The position numbers and the translations under genes are program-made. Of a stretch of 64,000 nucleotides of DNA, positions 26,940 to 40,381 are shown piece by piece. Location of the stretch: assembly GCA_043228905.1 (NCBI GenBank), contig JBHGNT010000001.1:3658001-3722000 (forward strand), written 5' to 3'. Below the pieces are notes generated by a model. It saw only the letters and a list, made by a program, of their open reading frames with translations, was not told the origin of the DNA and did no database searches. This DNA comes from Azolla caroliniana. Lineage: Eukaryota > Plantae > Polypodiophyta. Positions within the stretch are counted from its first letter, which is position 1. Every line of letters starts with the position of its first letter.

Positions 26940-29630
26940 ATGGAGCCCAGCTTTGAGAAGGTTAAGGGAGGTTCTGGCGTATGTGGGGACCTGTCATCGC
27001 TATGGAGTGGCCTATGGGGAAACAGATACTTGTTAATGCTTACGTCTGTAGCTGGACTTGGAGGTCTTCTGTTCGGATATGACACTGGTGAGTGTTAAGG
27101 ATCGCTCTCTCTTCTAAATATGTTAAATTTAACCAAAGAAAGCAAATAAACATATAGAAGATTCAAGTACCTACACCAGCAGCAGTAATTTAGGCATATG
27201 CTTATAAAGTAGAGTATTCTTTTGTGTCATCGAGCGTGTGATCGTGCTCTTTCTGAAACTCACTTACTCTTGCAAGTTTCCTACTATTACTACAGGCGTG
27301 ATCTCCGGAGCATTGCTTTACATCCGGGATGATTTCAAATCGGTAGATGATAGCAAGTTTCTACAGGTCGGTAGAACCTTTGTTTGTCCTTCATAGAGGT
27401 TTAAAAATCTTTAAAAGAAACTCATAGAAAATAATCTTTATAGGAACTAGAGAATGCCTTAAGCTGATCAAGTTTCTAACCATGAACAGGAGGCTATAGT
27501 AAGTATGGCTATTGCAGGCGCCATTTTTGGAGCTGCAGCAGGAGGATGGGTAAATGACAAGTTTGGAAGAAAGAAAGCTATTCTTGTAGCTGATGCACTT
27601 TTCTTTATTGGAGCATTGTTGATGGCCGTGGCCCCACACCCATGGCTTCTTATCATTGGTCGCATTTTTGTGGGGCTTGGGGTCGGGGTTGCCTCAATGA
27701 CATGTCCCCTCTACATTGCCGAAGCATCACCTGCCAGATATAGAGGAGCATTAGTGAGCACTAATGTGCTGTTCATCACCAGTGGGCAATTCTTTTCTTA
27801 TGCCATCAATTTGGCATTCACCAGGGTGGGTTTCCAAATTTATGATGTCTATTGTCTAGAGCCATGCAAAAAGCCTGCCCAACTTAAGAAATATTGATTT
27901 AATAATGTAGGCTCCTGGTACATGGAGATGGATGCTTGGGGTGGCAGGCATCCCAGCTGTGATTCAGTTCCTTCTCATGCTTCGTCTACCGGAGTCTCCA
28001 CGGTGGCTATATCACCATGTCTGTATTTAACTGAACTATACTCCCTCCTCCCCCATTGTCTCTTGTAATGATATGATTAACCTAATGGAAAACTATAATC
28101 ATTTGTGTGCTCCCAACATCTCAGTTCTGAAATGGATCTTTGTGAAATAACTGACACAACTTGTAGGGCCGAGTCGAAGAAGCATGTCACATCCTCGGAA
28201 AGATATATGCACCACATGAAGTTCAAAATGAGATCCAAGAACTGAAGAACTCGGTTGAAGAAGAAGGGGGCAATGATAAAGGCGCTGTTAAAGTGACATA
28301 CATTGAACTTTTTAGAAGCAAGGAGATCCGATTGGCCCTAATAGCAGGTGTTGGGCTGCAGGTAAAACATTTATACATTCAAATTGTTGTCTATTTTACT
28401 TGCAAGAGTAAGACTCATTTGATATTGAGTTGAAAATATTGATCCATCATACATGGTAAGATTTCGACATCTTTGACTTCCAAATATTTTGGACTGTTCT
28501 ATTTGTAACATGAACTCTGGACTTCACTAAATATTTTCTTGTTCTTGCAGGTTTTTCAACAGTTTGTCGGTATAAACACTGTAATGTATTATAGCCCATC
28601 TATTGTTCAAATGGCTGGATATGCATCAAACAGGGTAGCATTGATGCTTTCAATGATAGTAGCGGGTATGAATGCCCTGGGAACTATCGCTGGTATGTAT
28701 TTTATTGAACGGGCTGGAAGGCGACCTCTACTAATAAGTAGCTTGGTCGGTGTCATTGTGGCACTTTCGGTGTTAACCGCAGCTTTTCATGTGACATCTC
28801 ATGATTCTCCTCCAATAAATAGCGATCTGTCCCTTCAGAACTCAAACTATACTTGTCCCGACTACATGAGCGCCATTGGATCCTCTTGGGATTGCACACA
28901 ATGTCTCAAGATGCATTGCGCCTTTTGTTCTGCCCTAGATAATCAGGTAGAGAATCCAAATTGGATCACCTTCATTACTCAGAAAACGCACGCACACACA
29001 CACACATATGCGTATATATATATATATATATATACGTCATGTGTGTATGTGTATATAGATGTAGATTAAGATGTCTATATATATGCATATGCACTTCAGC
29101 TATACCTATACATGTACTTATACAAGTGTATAATTAAATAGCTAGATATTCAACATGAGTTTGGGATGTTGCAGAACTTGCCTGGTGCTTGTCTTATTTC
29201 AACTAAGGCGATCGGCAATTCATGTACTTCACAATCTAGAGCTTGGTTCACACAAGGTTGCCCAAGCCATTATGGGTGGCTTGCCTTGATTGGTCTAGCC
29301 CTGTATATAATGTGTTTTTCCCCTGGCATGGGACCTGTCCCATGGGCCGTTAATTCAGAGATATACCCGTTGAAGTATCGTGGGATATGTGGAGGTATTG
29401 CAGCAACAGCGAATTGGATATCAAACTTCATAGTTTCGCTAACATTTCTTTCACTCACGATTGCTTTGGGTACCTCCCTCACATTCTTGCTCTTTGCAGT
29501 GATATCAGTTTTTGCCCTTGCTTTTGTTCTCTTCTTTGTCCCTGAGACAAGAGGTTTATCGTTTGAAGAGGTCGAATGTATATGGAAAAAAAGAGCTGGC
29601 AAAGGTAAGGAAGAGCAGGGAGAGATATGA
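26940..29630 (+). CDS. INT: Inositol transporter (MFS sugar porter, INT2/INT4 type with Cys-rich PSI loop), 7 coding exons, 569 aa
   Basis: Exons 26940-27087, 27296-27366, 27490-27825, 27911-28018, 28167-28361, 28551-28946, 29175-29630 (1710 nt, GT-AG). Motifs [52 protein letters not shown]; PSI cysteines [27 protein letters not shown]. Probable 5'UTR intron 26478-26918. Confidence 0.95.
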
Positions 29631-31892
29631 ATAAAACTCTTATTTATCTTAGTAACAAGAGTGTTGTATAAACTCACTGATTGACTTGCCTTGAAAGAAA
29701 CGAAATTGGTGTAAAAATGGTTAAAACATTTAATTCGATTAAAAAGGTCAGCTACAAATTAAAACCGTGAAAACTTTATGAAACCCACAGTAATAGTCCG
29801 TTTTGCTCTTTCAATCTACGTTGTTTGTATTAATAAACATAGTCATGGTTTGAAATGTAATATTGCCGTGGATAGATACCCTGGAATAAATGGACCCCTA
29901 AATCCAGAAACCTTCTGCAGAACGACTGTGCACTATATTCTCCTCCCTATACCTGCCATTCATAAAATAATCGAAAATTCATTTTCTTTGTGAAGGACAA
30001 ATAATTGAAGCTTTAATTTTAGTGAAACACAGAATGTGTTGAAATATTTTGCCCAAAACATTTGAAAGGATATCTATCTACAAAAAGGGTAACATGGCTT
30101 AGAATATATAAGGAAGGTTTATGGGCATTGTGAAAGAGTTCCATGAAGTTACATTCAAATGTGATGATGATGAGTTGCAGTGTGGTTAAATGTTTTTGGG
30201 AAACCCTTCAGATTTTTAAACACCCATAGTTTCCATCATTCCAATCATCGAAGCATAACTCATTCAAACATAAGAAATCTATAATGGTAGGTCACTCAAA
30301 ATCGACTAAATTCCGATGGAAGTATTGTGTGAAATTGCCTGGAAGTTGAGATGGATCAAAACATTGAATCAAACAATGACACAAACTGATGTGGTACACA
30401 TTTTAAATGCAACTTGCATGGAGTGACAACCAGTTGCAGCTTGAGCCTTGCACTAGCATATTTTGTGCCATAAAGTTTTCTCAACTAATATCATGTTAAG
30501 TGCTAGCAGCCAAGGATGTGGGTATAGGAGTATTGACTTTGGGAACAAGTATTGGCAGGTATAAAAGTGAGTGGAAGCAAATTTTCTATCTGAAGATTTT
30601 TATAATAATATACGGGGAGAACATTGCATTGAACAAAATACTATGTTCCACTTGAAGACAAAATGATGCTGTGTTAAAAGTGTACTGATTTGACCTTGTA
30701 CATATCTTTATCAAAGGCTAGAAAAAAATGACACACGTGAAAATATTTACCCTCTTGCAATGCAATGCAACATTGTAGAGACATTTCAAAACACTATGTT
30801 TTTTGAGACCATAACTTGTTCTACAATAATCACTCTTCGCACACTAGAATGTTTTGAAGTTGAACCATAACAAGGGCCATGTAACCATGAGAGGATAGTT
30901 ACATATTAAACACAAAAGATGACAATACTTCACTCCAGTCCATTCTCTTTCTGCCAGTCAGCTTCAATTCACATGTTTTGAATTGTAACAGTTCATCACA
31001 TGCATATTACCTACACCAAACATCATAACTAGGGACCAAGCCAAACAACATAAGCCTATAATGAAGATGGATGTCATAGGATTCACTCAATAACTCTGAT
31101 CATTCGATCAGAAACTAAAATGTGAGCTTGGAATAGGAGAAGTGGACATTTCTTCAACTTTTCATTCATCCAAAAAACAAAATTCGGGTAGATTTAATAA
31201 ACTTAAAATGAAAGAATCCTGCAAAATGCCAAACTTTAATTGTTGCTCATTATTTATATGTTGACATGCAGCCTAATGTTGACATTTATAAACAGTTTAT
31301 AGGGAAGTTATAGACTCTTAAAAGATTGAGAGGGTCATATGCAACAATACTACTGATGGAACCTTGAACCTCACCTGGTTCAACTATCATATATGATGCA
31401 AGAAAAAGAAGACATGAATTAGAGGGCTGTGAAAGCATCGTCTCCACCTCATTATTCATAAAATGCTACCAAACAGGATGCTCAATGAACTAAGACATTC
31501 CATTAGCATGCATATCAAAGTGGATTCCCCCTTTACTAGTATATTCATATCCCCATTTATGCTTCCTCATATATTAATAGTACAACAAATCCATCGATAG
31601 GAAAAAAAAACACCTACCTTGTCATAGGTAGGGATCTTTGTTCACGGCCCATGTCATCTTTTAATCACATTTTATTTTCATCAACACGAGATTAAAAAGC
31701 CTTAAAAACCATTCAAATGTCACGCACTGGACCACAGATAAATTCTACCTGATCTTTAAAAGAAGAAAGAATAGCCCAACTCAAATAGTAGTAACCAGCA
31801 GAAGATAAAAAAATAATAATGGTGCAGACACACAAAGCACTCATCATTGATGTTGCCACAACAGAGATACTACTGAATGCATTTACTCATTC

Positions 31893-34800
31893 TTAACGAT
31901 AATCATCTTCGAGGTTTCTGAATCCAGTGGTCAAGTCTTCATAGAGTTTCTTGTACTTGCCAACCAAAGCAGCTTCACCTTCAGCTGGATCTTCAAATTT
32001 CTGTGAGCTGATCGAAAGAAACAAAAAGTACACTTTGAAATCCATTCCAGCACAACAAAATTTTCCCATAATGGGAAAAATTTACATGGTAGAAGATACC
32101 AAAGAAACATTAGCATACACAAGCCGAGCAAAGCTTTTGTAAGTTATCCATCAGCAGAGTAAAAACATTTAACAAGTTTTTGACAAGCAGAGGTACCCAA
32201 TAAAAGCCATGGTAAAGAGAGCATACACTAAGCGGTAGATAAGATCTCCTAGCCTCTGTTTGATGATGTTATAATTTATCTTCTGGCCATCCGGTCCTGC
32301 TCCTCTTTCAACAGCCTGCAAGTAAACATCTCCAAAAGTGAAAATACATGTCATCAAACATATAAACAAGTTCATATTCATGGCTTTTACCTGATTTGCA
32401 AGTGTATTAAAATGAATAATATTTCGCATCATCCAAACCGATTTATAAAATGGACAAAACTTATCATACCTGCAAAATGACAAAGTTCATCAAAAGAGTA
32501 AAATTGAAACCCTTACAATTACTAAGAAAAATCCAAAATGAAAAATACATACGGAGTGAAGGCATTTTGTGCCAAGTAATCTTCACGAAGAAGCTTGGCT
32601 ACCTCCAGGTTTATCTTATCTGTTTCGGCTAAGGCATCTTTTCCCACTAGCTGCAATCATCAAGTTTATATTTTTGAGGCTAATATCAAAGTATCCAGAT
32701 AAAATGCACCTCAATTTGGCAACAATGCAAGACTTATTATATGTTAGAACATCCGCCTGACACCTCTCAACCCATCAACTCAAAAACCATAAACACCCAT
32801 CACATAGAATAGGCAAGAAACATGGACATAGGCCAACCAAGATACCTGCACAATTTCATTGAGATCATCTTCGCGCTGCAAAACTTCCCGGGCCTTTGTC
32901 CTTATGGATACAAAATCAGAATCAAAGCGTTCATAAAATGGCTCTAGTGCCTGTAAAAAACGTAATATCATAAAAAAACAAATTTTCATCTGATTGCCAA
33001 TGCTAAAAATGATTTCGTGAGACATGTCAAACCTTGGAATATTTGGAGTATGATATAAGCCAGTTCACAGAAGGAAAATGCTTCCTTTGTGCAAGCTTTT
33101 TATCAAGCCCCCAGAATACCTGAGAAACACCCATAATAGATGATCAATGCAGAAAACATAAACCCACAGCGAATAGTTACATATATCGCCATAATATAAC
33201 CGACAAACTTCCCTGCCCAATGCTAAGATTTGGAGACTTACTGTAATAGACTTACAACATTAACTAAAGTACATTTTCCTAAAAAGACCTTCCAGGTTTG
33301 GTGTCTAGTTTACCACTTTCAGGGTAGTTTTCATCTTAAATTTCTTTTTATCTCCTAACCAATCCTTGCGTTTTAACTATTGGCAACACTTCAGAAGTTT
33401 CTTGGAGTATTTCTAACTATGGTTAAAAAGTGTACTTTCTTTGGAGTTTACAACCTATTTTGCCACTAGCTGCAATAGATTTGAGCCCCTTTCAGCCCTC
33501 CCACCACAAACATTCAGTATGGTATAGACCTTCACAATCAAATATCAACTACTTACTTGTACAATACTAAGTGTGGCTGCAGTAACTGGATCTGAAAAGT
33601 CCCCACCTGGTGGAGAGACTGCACCAACAATAGTTACACTGCCTGTACGGTCTGGGCTCCCGAGACACTTCACCTTCCCAGCACGTTCATAGAATGATGC
33701 CAATCGTGCAGTTAAATATGCAGGATAGCCACTGTCTGCTGGCATTTCAGCCTGCCATCAAGTAATGCTTAAGTTTCACATATATCTTGAAAAAAGTTTC
33801 ATTAAACAACACAGGATATAAAACGATGCCCATCACATATGTGGACATAGAAAATGGCATAAAGTGGAAGGCAGTATTAAGAGCATCAATATCTAACACC
33901 TGAAAAGGGATTTTTTTTATGTCACTATAGCTTCTCTTCTTCAGGTATCAGAAATAATATTTTAATTGTAAACTGCACATATGTACCGATCCTCAAACTC
34001 TTCATCTGTGGCATAGCTGACATATTCTCTGACCAGAAGGTGCACTCATATACCTAGCTATCTCTATCTCAAGTGATCTGATGAGGTGCAGATCTGTCCA
34101 ATGGAGCACCTCAATCCCAGGGCATATAATAAATCCATCTTGATGGATTGAAGGCCATCTTTGTATCTAATCCTGCAGAGGTATGATCATTTCCTCCTAG
34201 TCTTTAATGAATGAGACTTTACTGGATGGTTTTGTGCGTGCAGCATACTCTCAAGAGGGGCGTGCAGAGACACTTGGATATCTACATTCTTTTGCACATT
34301 ATGAGAGGTATCCAAGTATGCAGTGTCAGTCAAGATCTGTCTCAACTCTCCCAGAGTTAGTAAGGATCCACTCTACTGAAAAGCTTGTATTCCCCTGTCC
34401 TGTACACTTCATCAGGTTCTGCACAGAGATAATATACCTTGGATTATGGCGTGTATTCTGTTTGCATAAAAACTTGTGAAGTTAAGTCCAGCAGCATAAA
34501 ATATAAGTCTGCATGATCATATGTCAAAACGAGAGTTCGTGACAAGGCAACAGGTCCCTCCTTGTATTCACACCAGGTCAGGTGAGAAGCAAGTAAAACT
34601 ACTACTTATGGTCCACACAGATAAGTGTGCATGATTCACTTCTACACCAATGAGTTTAAGTCAAAATATGAACTCATTTATAGAAGGCAATAGTTAGCAT
34701 CATTCCATGCAAAAATCAAGTAAAACCAGCATTTAGTGGATATCTGTGTGGATCATTCAAAATAGCATGTCCAAGTCCCAAACCCATCTCCAAATTGTAT

Positions 34801-37800
34801 ACCAATACTATGTGCAGTCTTCAGCATCCATTGATCTCCAACTTAACCCAACTAATCTATATCAAGTTCTCACAACTCCCATATCACTCACTCTCAAAAA
34901 AAAGGATTACAAGATACTTGGTATGTCTTTGAAAGGCTATATTAACGTTTTTTAAGAGGCCAAAATGAACTATAAGACCAAACAAGAGATATAGAGGAAC
35001 AAACCAAAATATATAATATAGGAGATTCCAAAATAATGAGCCAAAATAATATAACTAGACATGGGGCACTAAAGAATCTAGACAGTATAAGATTCTCAAC
35101 TTAGAAAAAAACTTCATGAAAGAGTGAAAAAGAGAAATGAATTGAAATGAATTGAAATGAAATGTCTTATTAACGTTTACAAGAACTACAAAGAGGCCGT
35201 AATGACCTTTGAGACTGAAGTTAGATCCATACTTTGATAGTACACCAACATCCGATTAAAAGCCAAAGAAGAAAGGAAAAGATGATAATAAATGAAAGAA
35301 AGTGAGAGCATGCAGATACAAGCAAAGACCTTGGCAAGGTAAATAAGTACAATAGCATCAATATCATAATATGTCGACTTCACCTCAAACAAGATTTATA
35401 TCATCTGTAAATCAGAGCCCAAAACTAATTATAGTCCTAGAAAAATAATTGAACAAGAAATAGTCTACTTCGAACATGTTCATCTTGCCTATTGGCAATT
35501 CAACATGTTCCACTACCCATGTAGTTAGTGGGTGACCATACTCTATTGTGACACCCATTGTAAGTAGTGTTTTTCACACACATTTATTAATATAATTGTG
35601 TGTTTTCACCAGAAAGAAAGATATATTAACGTCTTTTAAGAGGCCAAAATGGCCTATAAGACCAAATAAGAGATTACATCTTAAGTGTTGTCTGAGAGAG
35701 AGAGAGAGAGAGAATATGCATATATTATGAGAATGTATGCCTACGAAGTCCAGACCTAAGGAGCATAATTCATAAACTACATATAAAAAATGGACTACAT
35801 GATATGGTATCCCAACTGACTTTATTGGTGTCAAGAAACTGAAGGATCTCAAATCACATATATGAACATAAGGGCATTGTGAAGTATTATGAAAGAAAAT
35901 CCATCGTGGACAAAGAAAAAAATCTATCGTGAAAAAAGAAAACTCATAAGAGCTAACTAATGAAGAAAGACTCCAGAAACTCCAAAAAATAAGGATGCCC
36001 CAACAATTAAAATGCATATTGGTTCATAATATCCCTTTTCCAGAACAAATTATTTAAAAGATTGGGTTCAATACCAAGCGGCCTGATATTTCACGAAGAG
36101 CTTCTGCCCATCTGGAAGTAGAATCTGCCATCATACTGACATTATACCCCATGTCACGGAAATACTCTGCTAGTGTTATACCTGATTTTCAAACAAGACA
36201 AAGTAAATTTTGCATTATGTATTTAATGTACATTAAATTCAAATGAATGCACATAATCTCAAACGTTAACCTGTATAAATGGATGCCTCTCTGGCTGCCA
36301 CTGGCATATTTGATGTGTTGGCCACTAATGTTGTTCTCTTCATTACAGATTCTTCACGCCCATCAGGTAATGTCATTGTCAACTGTGGAAAATCCATCAA
36401 CACCTGGAAGGCAACCAATAAAACCTCTAAGTTGTAAATAAGACGACAATATTGACTGGAAGCTGAAGAAAGGAGCAAGAAAATCTAACTCGAGCAGACT
36501 CGGGGGAAAGAACAAAAAGAATACCTCAGCCATCTCATTTCCTCGCTCTCCACACCCCACATACACAACAGTATCAGAATTTGAGTACTGCAAGAAAAAC
36601 AAATTTAACCCTTGGGGAAATTCTTATAAACAGAAGTGTTGATTCTTCGCATTTATTGCTAAAATACTACAAACCTTTGAAAGAGCTTGACTAATAACTG
36701 TTTTACCACATCCAAAAGCACCAGGAATCGCACAAGTACCACCCAACACTGAAGGAAATAGGGCATCAAGGACCCGCTATAGTAAAGGATTAAAAGCAGA
36801 CCATATATTCTATAAGACACGTGCAGAATAGTCTGAAAAACAATTTAAAAAAAGGACACAGGCCTACCTGTCCAGTCAACAATGGGGTATCAGCTGCCAG
36901 TTTTGAAGCTACTGGCCTTGGTGTTCTTACTGGCCATGTCTATGAAAGGCACAAATTATTTGTGTTAACTTTCACTTATATATAGAAAATACTGATGCAA
37001 AATAAACATAATATGTTGATGAAACCTCTCAGTGCATTATAACAGAGAGTATGCTTGAATATACAAGACTAATATCAGCACAACTGTAAAAACAAAAATA
37101 ACATGCTGAACAGTGTCTTTCTACTACAATTTTGTACAAGACTACATCCATATTCAGTAAAGGAAGAGATGAGAAAATAAGTGTCTAAAAGAGGCATTGA
37201 CACAATCATTTGTGGCATCACCTTCTTTTCTGAAATTGATCCTATTTACAACATAATAAGGAAAATTTAGTGATTACCTGAAGCATCGTTATTGATTTCT
37301 TTATTCCTTGGAACTCAAGTTCCAGTACTGTGTCCTGAAAAAAACATTGCGAATTATAAACATGTTCAGGAAAACTGTTTCAATAACATGGTGAACATAG
37401 ATAAGAAAACTATCCAATACACACCTAAACAAATACAGACTGAACATGCAACAAACCAAAAACACCAACCTTGATTGAGTACTGACCAGCTGGCGCCACA
37501 TATGTAACCTTTCCCATTGTTCCCGGCGGCACAGATATATGGTGAGTCATGAGACTGTTTTCAAACACTTTCTATTTTCAAAAGAGGAACAACATTAGTC
37601 AAGCTTTGATTGTCTGACTCTGAACAACGGGAGTTTTGCAATACTTACTGCATACATGTCTCCTCCAGTCACTACATCTCCAATGGCTGTAGAAAAATAT
37701 GATTTATTAGAGATCCTTTACAATAGTGTTATTTTTTTAATTTTGTACTCTGGATAGAGAAAGTTGACTGAAATCATTTACATAATCTTTTTGGTTCAAA

Positions 37801-39883
37801 TTCCCATAAATAATCTTTATCCAGTGCAGGCACCGCAACACCTCGGGGTATATAGACATCTCCAGATTTTATAGCTATAGTTTTAAGTGGTCTCTGTAAT
37901 AAAATAATAATGATCGTAATATTTAAAAAAATCTTCTTAAAGACTTGTTTTATCAACAAATCCCAAACGATCATAGTTCATGATACAATTCCAAAGTTGA
38001 ATTATCATATGACATAGGAAACCTGAATCCCATCAAAGATGTTCCCGAGAATGCCTGGTCCAAGCTCGACAGAAAGTGGCTGCATAAAAAAAAATCATAA
38101 CGTTAAATGAATTGAAAAATAAATAAAGTGAAGAACTTGGCCTTCACAGGCTATAATGTGGATATATCTCAGTATTTGAAGACTTATTTTCAAATCTTTA
38201 AAATGAAAGACAGAGAGACGAGTGTGCTCAACATTATCTCTGCCAGTCAAAGTCCATCCAGGGAATGGACATTGTTAGACAGACGATCAAGCCTGTCGTT
38301 TTGCTGGGTCCAAACTAATAGATCCAGAGTCCACTCTCTCTATCTCTACTCTATTGCATTGCATCAGATATGGGTGTGTGTGTGTGTAAGAGAGAATAAT
38401 TTAGTTAAGTACAAAGGATTTTTCTTGCTTTCTTATAGTTCCCAGAAACTCATGGAGACAAACTTCCTAGTCAATTGGGCTATGTCAACTAGCTTTCTTC
38501 TTCCCTTATATTTTACATTTTGAACCCTTATTTAATTAGTATTTCATTTTCATTTTTATTTCTTTCTTTTGTTCTTGCCGATGGGTGGGTCAGTGCTGCT
38601 TCTTTCTCATTTTCTTTTTATTTTTACATTTGATCTTGTTATTCTCAAATAAATTGGCTCAAATTCCAAAACTTGAAAGTAATTTCCAAATAACAAATGT
38701 GCAAATTACACTAACCTCTGATTTTCGCACTCCACCAGATGACCGTGCATCAGTGTTTCAAATATATGTAAGTTTACTGTAAATTGCTATTGCAAAATTA
38801 TAAATCATGTTTGAATTTTGAACATTCCAAAAAGAACTTCCATACTTTTATGATTTTTTCCTTTTAGATTTTTCCGAATTATAAATGAAGATTTTTAACT
38901 ATTTGCCAAAAATGTTCCTTTTATAAGATAGCTGTGTGTACCTTACGTGTTCGCAGCACAGGATCATTGACCATTAAACCAGCCGTTTCTTCGTAGACTA
39001 ACAAATTAATAATAATCCAAATTAACAAACGTGAGTCAAATTTTGCGATGCATATATACATATCTGACTTAAGATGTGGTTTTGATTTATGTTATACCTT
39101 GAATGGTAGCAGAGTCACCTTCCAACCTGATAATCTCACCAATCAACTTGTCATGCCCAACTCTTACAAGCTCATACATAGCTGCCCCTGCCATGCCATC
39201 TGCCACCACCACAGGCCCTGATACCTATGAAAGCGACCACAGATCAATCCATTATTGCATATTCCAATGCCTTATGAAATTCATGTATAGTTCATGTGTT
39301 AAGGAAACAGTCAATTATCGATCGGAAAATAAAATTTATTTTGAAATATTACAAAAGAATGATGTGACAACAGCTATTTTCACACTAGTTGCAAAACAAG
39401 CAACCAGTAATTCTTCCCTATTACGCCATTATTTCTAAAACTCAAAGGGAGTGATTTTCACATCAGTCCAAATTGACGCAAATCAAGACAATATTTAGGT
39501 TAATTTTCTCTATTATGTGCATTGATGATATAGAAAAAAGCACAGTTTACAAAATCCAAAAGAAGTCAGATTCCCCTCAGTTATTATGGTTTCCTCGATT
39601 TTAGCATTAATCTATACAATTTCCAGTTGAGACTAAACCGTATTATAACACACATTCTTGCATCGGATCTAAAGAATCGGAGCATTGAGCTCACAATTTC
39701 CAAACTCAGAAAACAAGATCTCTTAATGCACTCGGTTCAGCAAATGCTTATGAATCCAGAAAAAAGAGAGGAAATAATGATATACGAAAGAGGTTTTAAA
39801 AGTACCTTTCGGATGAAGCCATATTCACTTTCTTTCTCTGTATCTTCGAATGTAGTGAGGCCATCGCCATAATAGACAGGCAT
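31893..39883 (-). CDS. VHA-A: V-type H+-ATPase catalytic subunit A, 20 exons, 623 aa
   Basis: Exons (high-low): 39883-39806, 39224-39098, 38997-38942, 38079-38023, 37893-37782, 37686-37649, 37571-37470, 37334-37278, 36939-36868, 36776-36675, 36587-36525, 36403-36271, 36181-36075, 33751-33557, 33119-33033, 32950-32846, 32650-32553, 32469-32391, 32315-32227, 32007-31893. 1872 nt, all GT-AG. P-loop [45 protein letters not shown]. Confidence 0.97.
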
Positions 39884-39951
39884 GGCGAGAAGGAAAAAGG
39901 ATGCGACTACAGTGCGGTCTGAAGGATTTCGATCCAAGAGGAGCTCTGAAG

Positions 39952-39985
<34 letters not shown>

Positions 39986-40381
39986 AAAGAAGAAAAAAGA
40001 AGATGTTGATGATGATGATGGAAGAAATTCCGAAGTTTATTTGCTACATTTAAATTGAGATATTTGTATTTCTGTCCCTGTCCCACGTGTTTGTGTCAGG
40101 AGATGATGATCTAAAATAAACATGGAGGAGGAGGAGGTCTACGATCATCTCTCACAGTCCACTCGCTCGTGACAAAACACCCAACCTCAAATCTTTTCCT
40201 TTTCCTTCCATACACCCTACCTAACCCCATCACACCTCGTGTTCGAATCTCGCTACCTCCACCAATTCTTAATTCACTAGAAATTTGGTAAGTTATTACA
40301 CTACAAGCGCCTATGTCTTGGGTTTAAAACCCAATTTTCTCACCATCTGAGCTACATCCATTTAGGCTCTCTCTCTCTCTC

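Noticed and set aside
34070-34125. CTGATGA followed by a stem (gaggtgc/gcacctc), suggesting a hammerhead ribozyme
   Set aside because: The GAAA required after stem II is missing and stems I and III cannot be formed.
26940-39883. INT proton symporter and V-ATPase A as a functional vacuolar gene cluster
   Set aside because: They are merely convergent neighbours; the INT has the PSI loop of the INT2/4 type rather than tonoplast INT1, and nothing shows co-regulation.
31893-39883. Intein (as in yeast VMA1) or U12/non-canonical introns in VHA-A
   Set aside because: [18 protein letters not shown] is continuous after splicing, all 19 introns are GT-AG and the product is a normal 623 aa.
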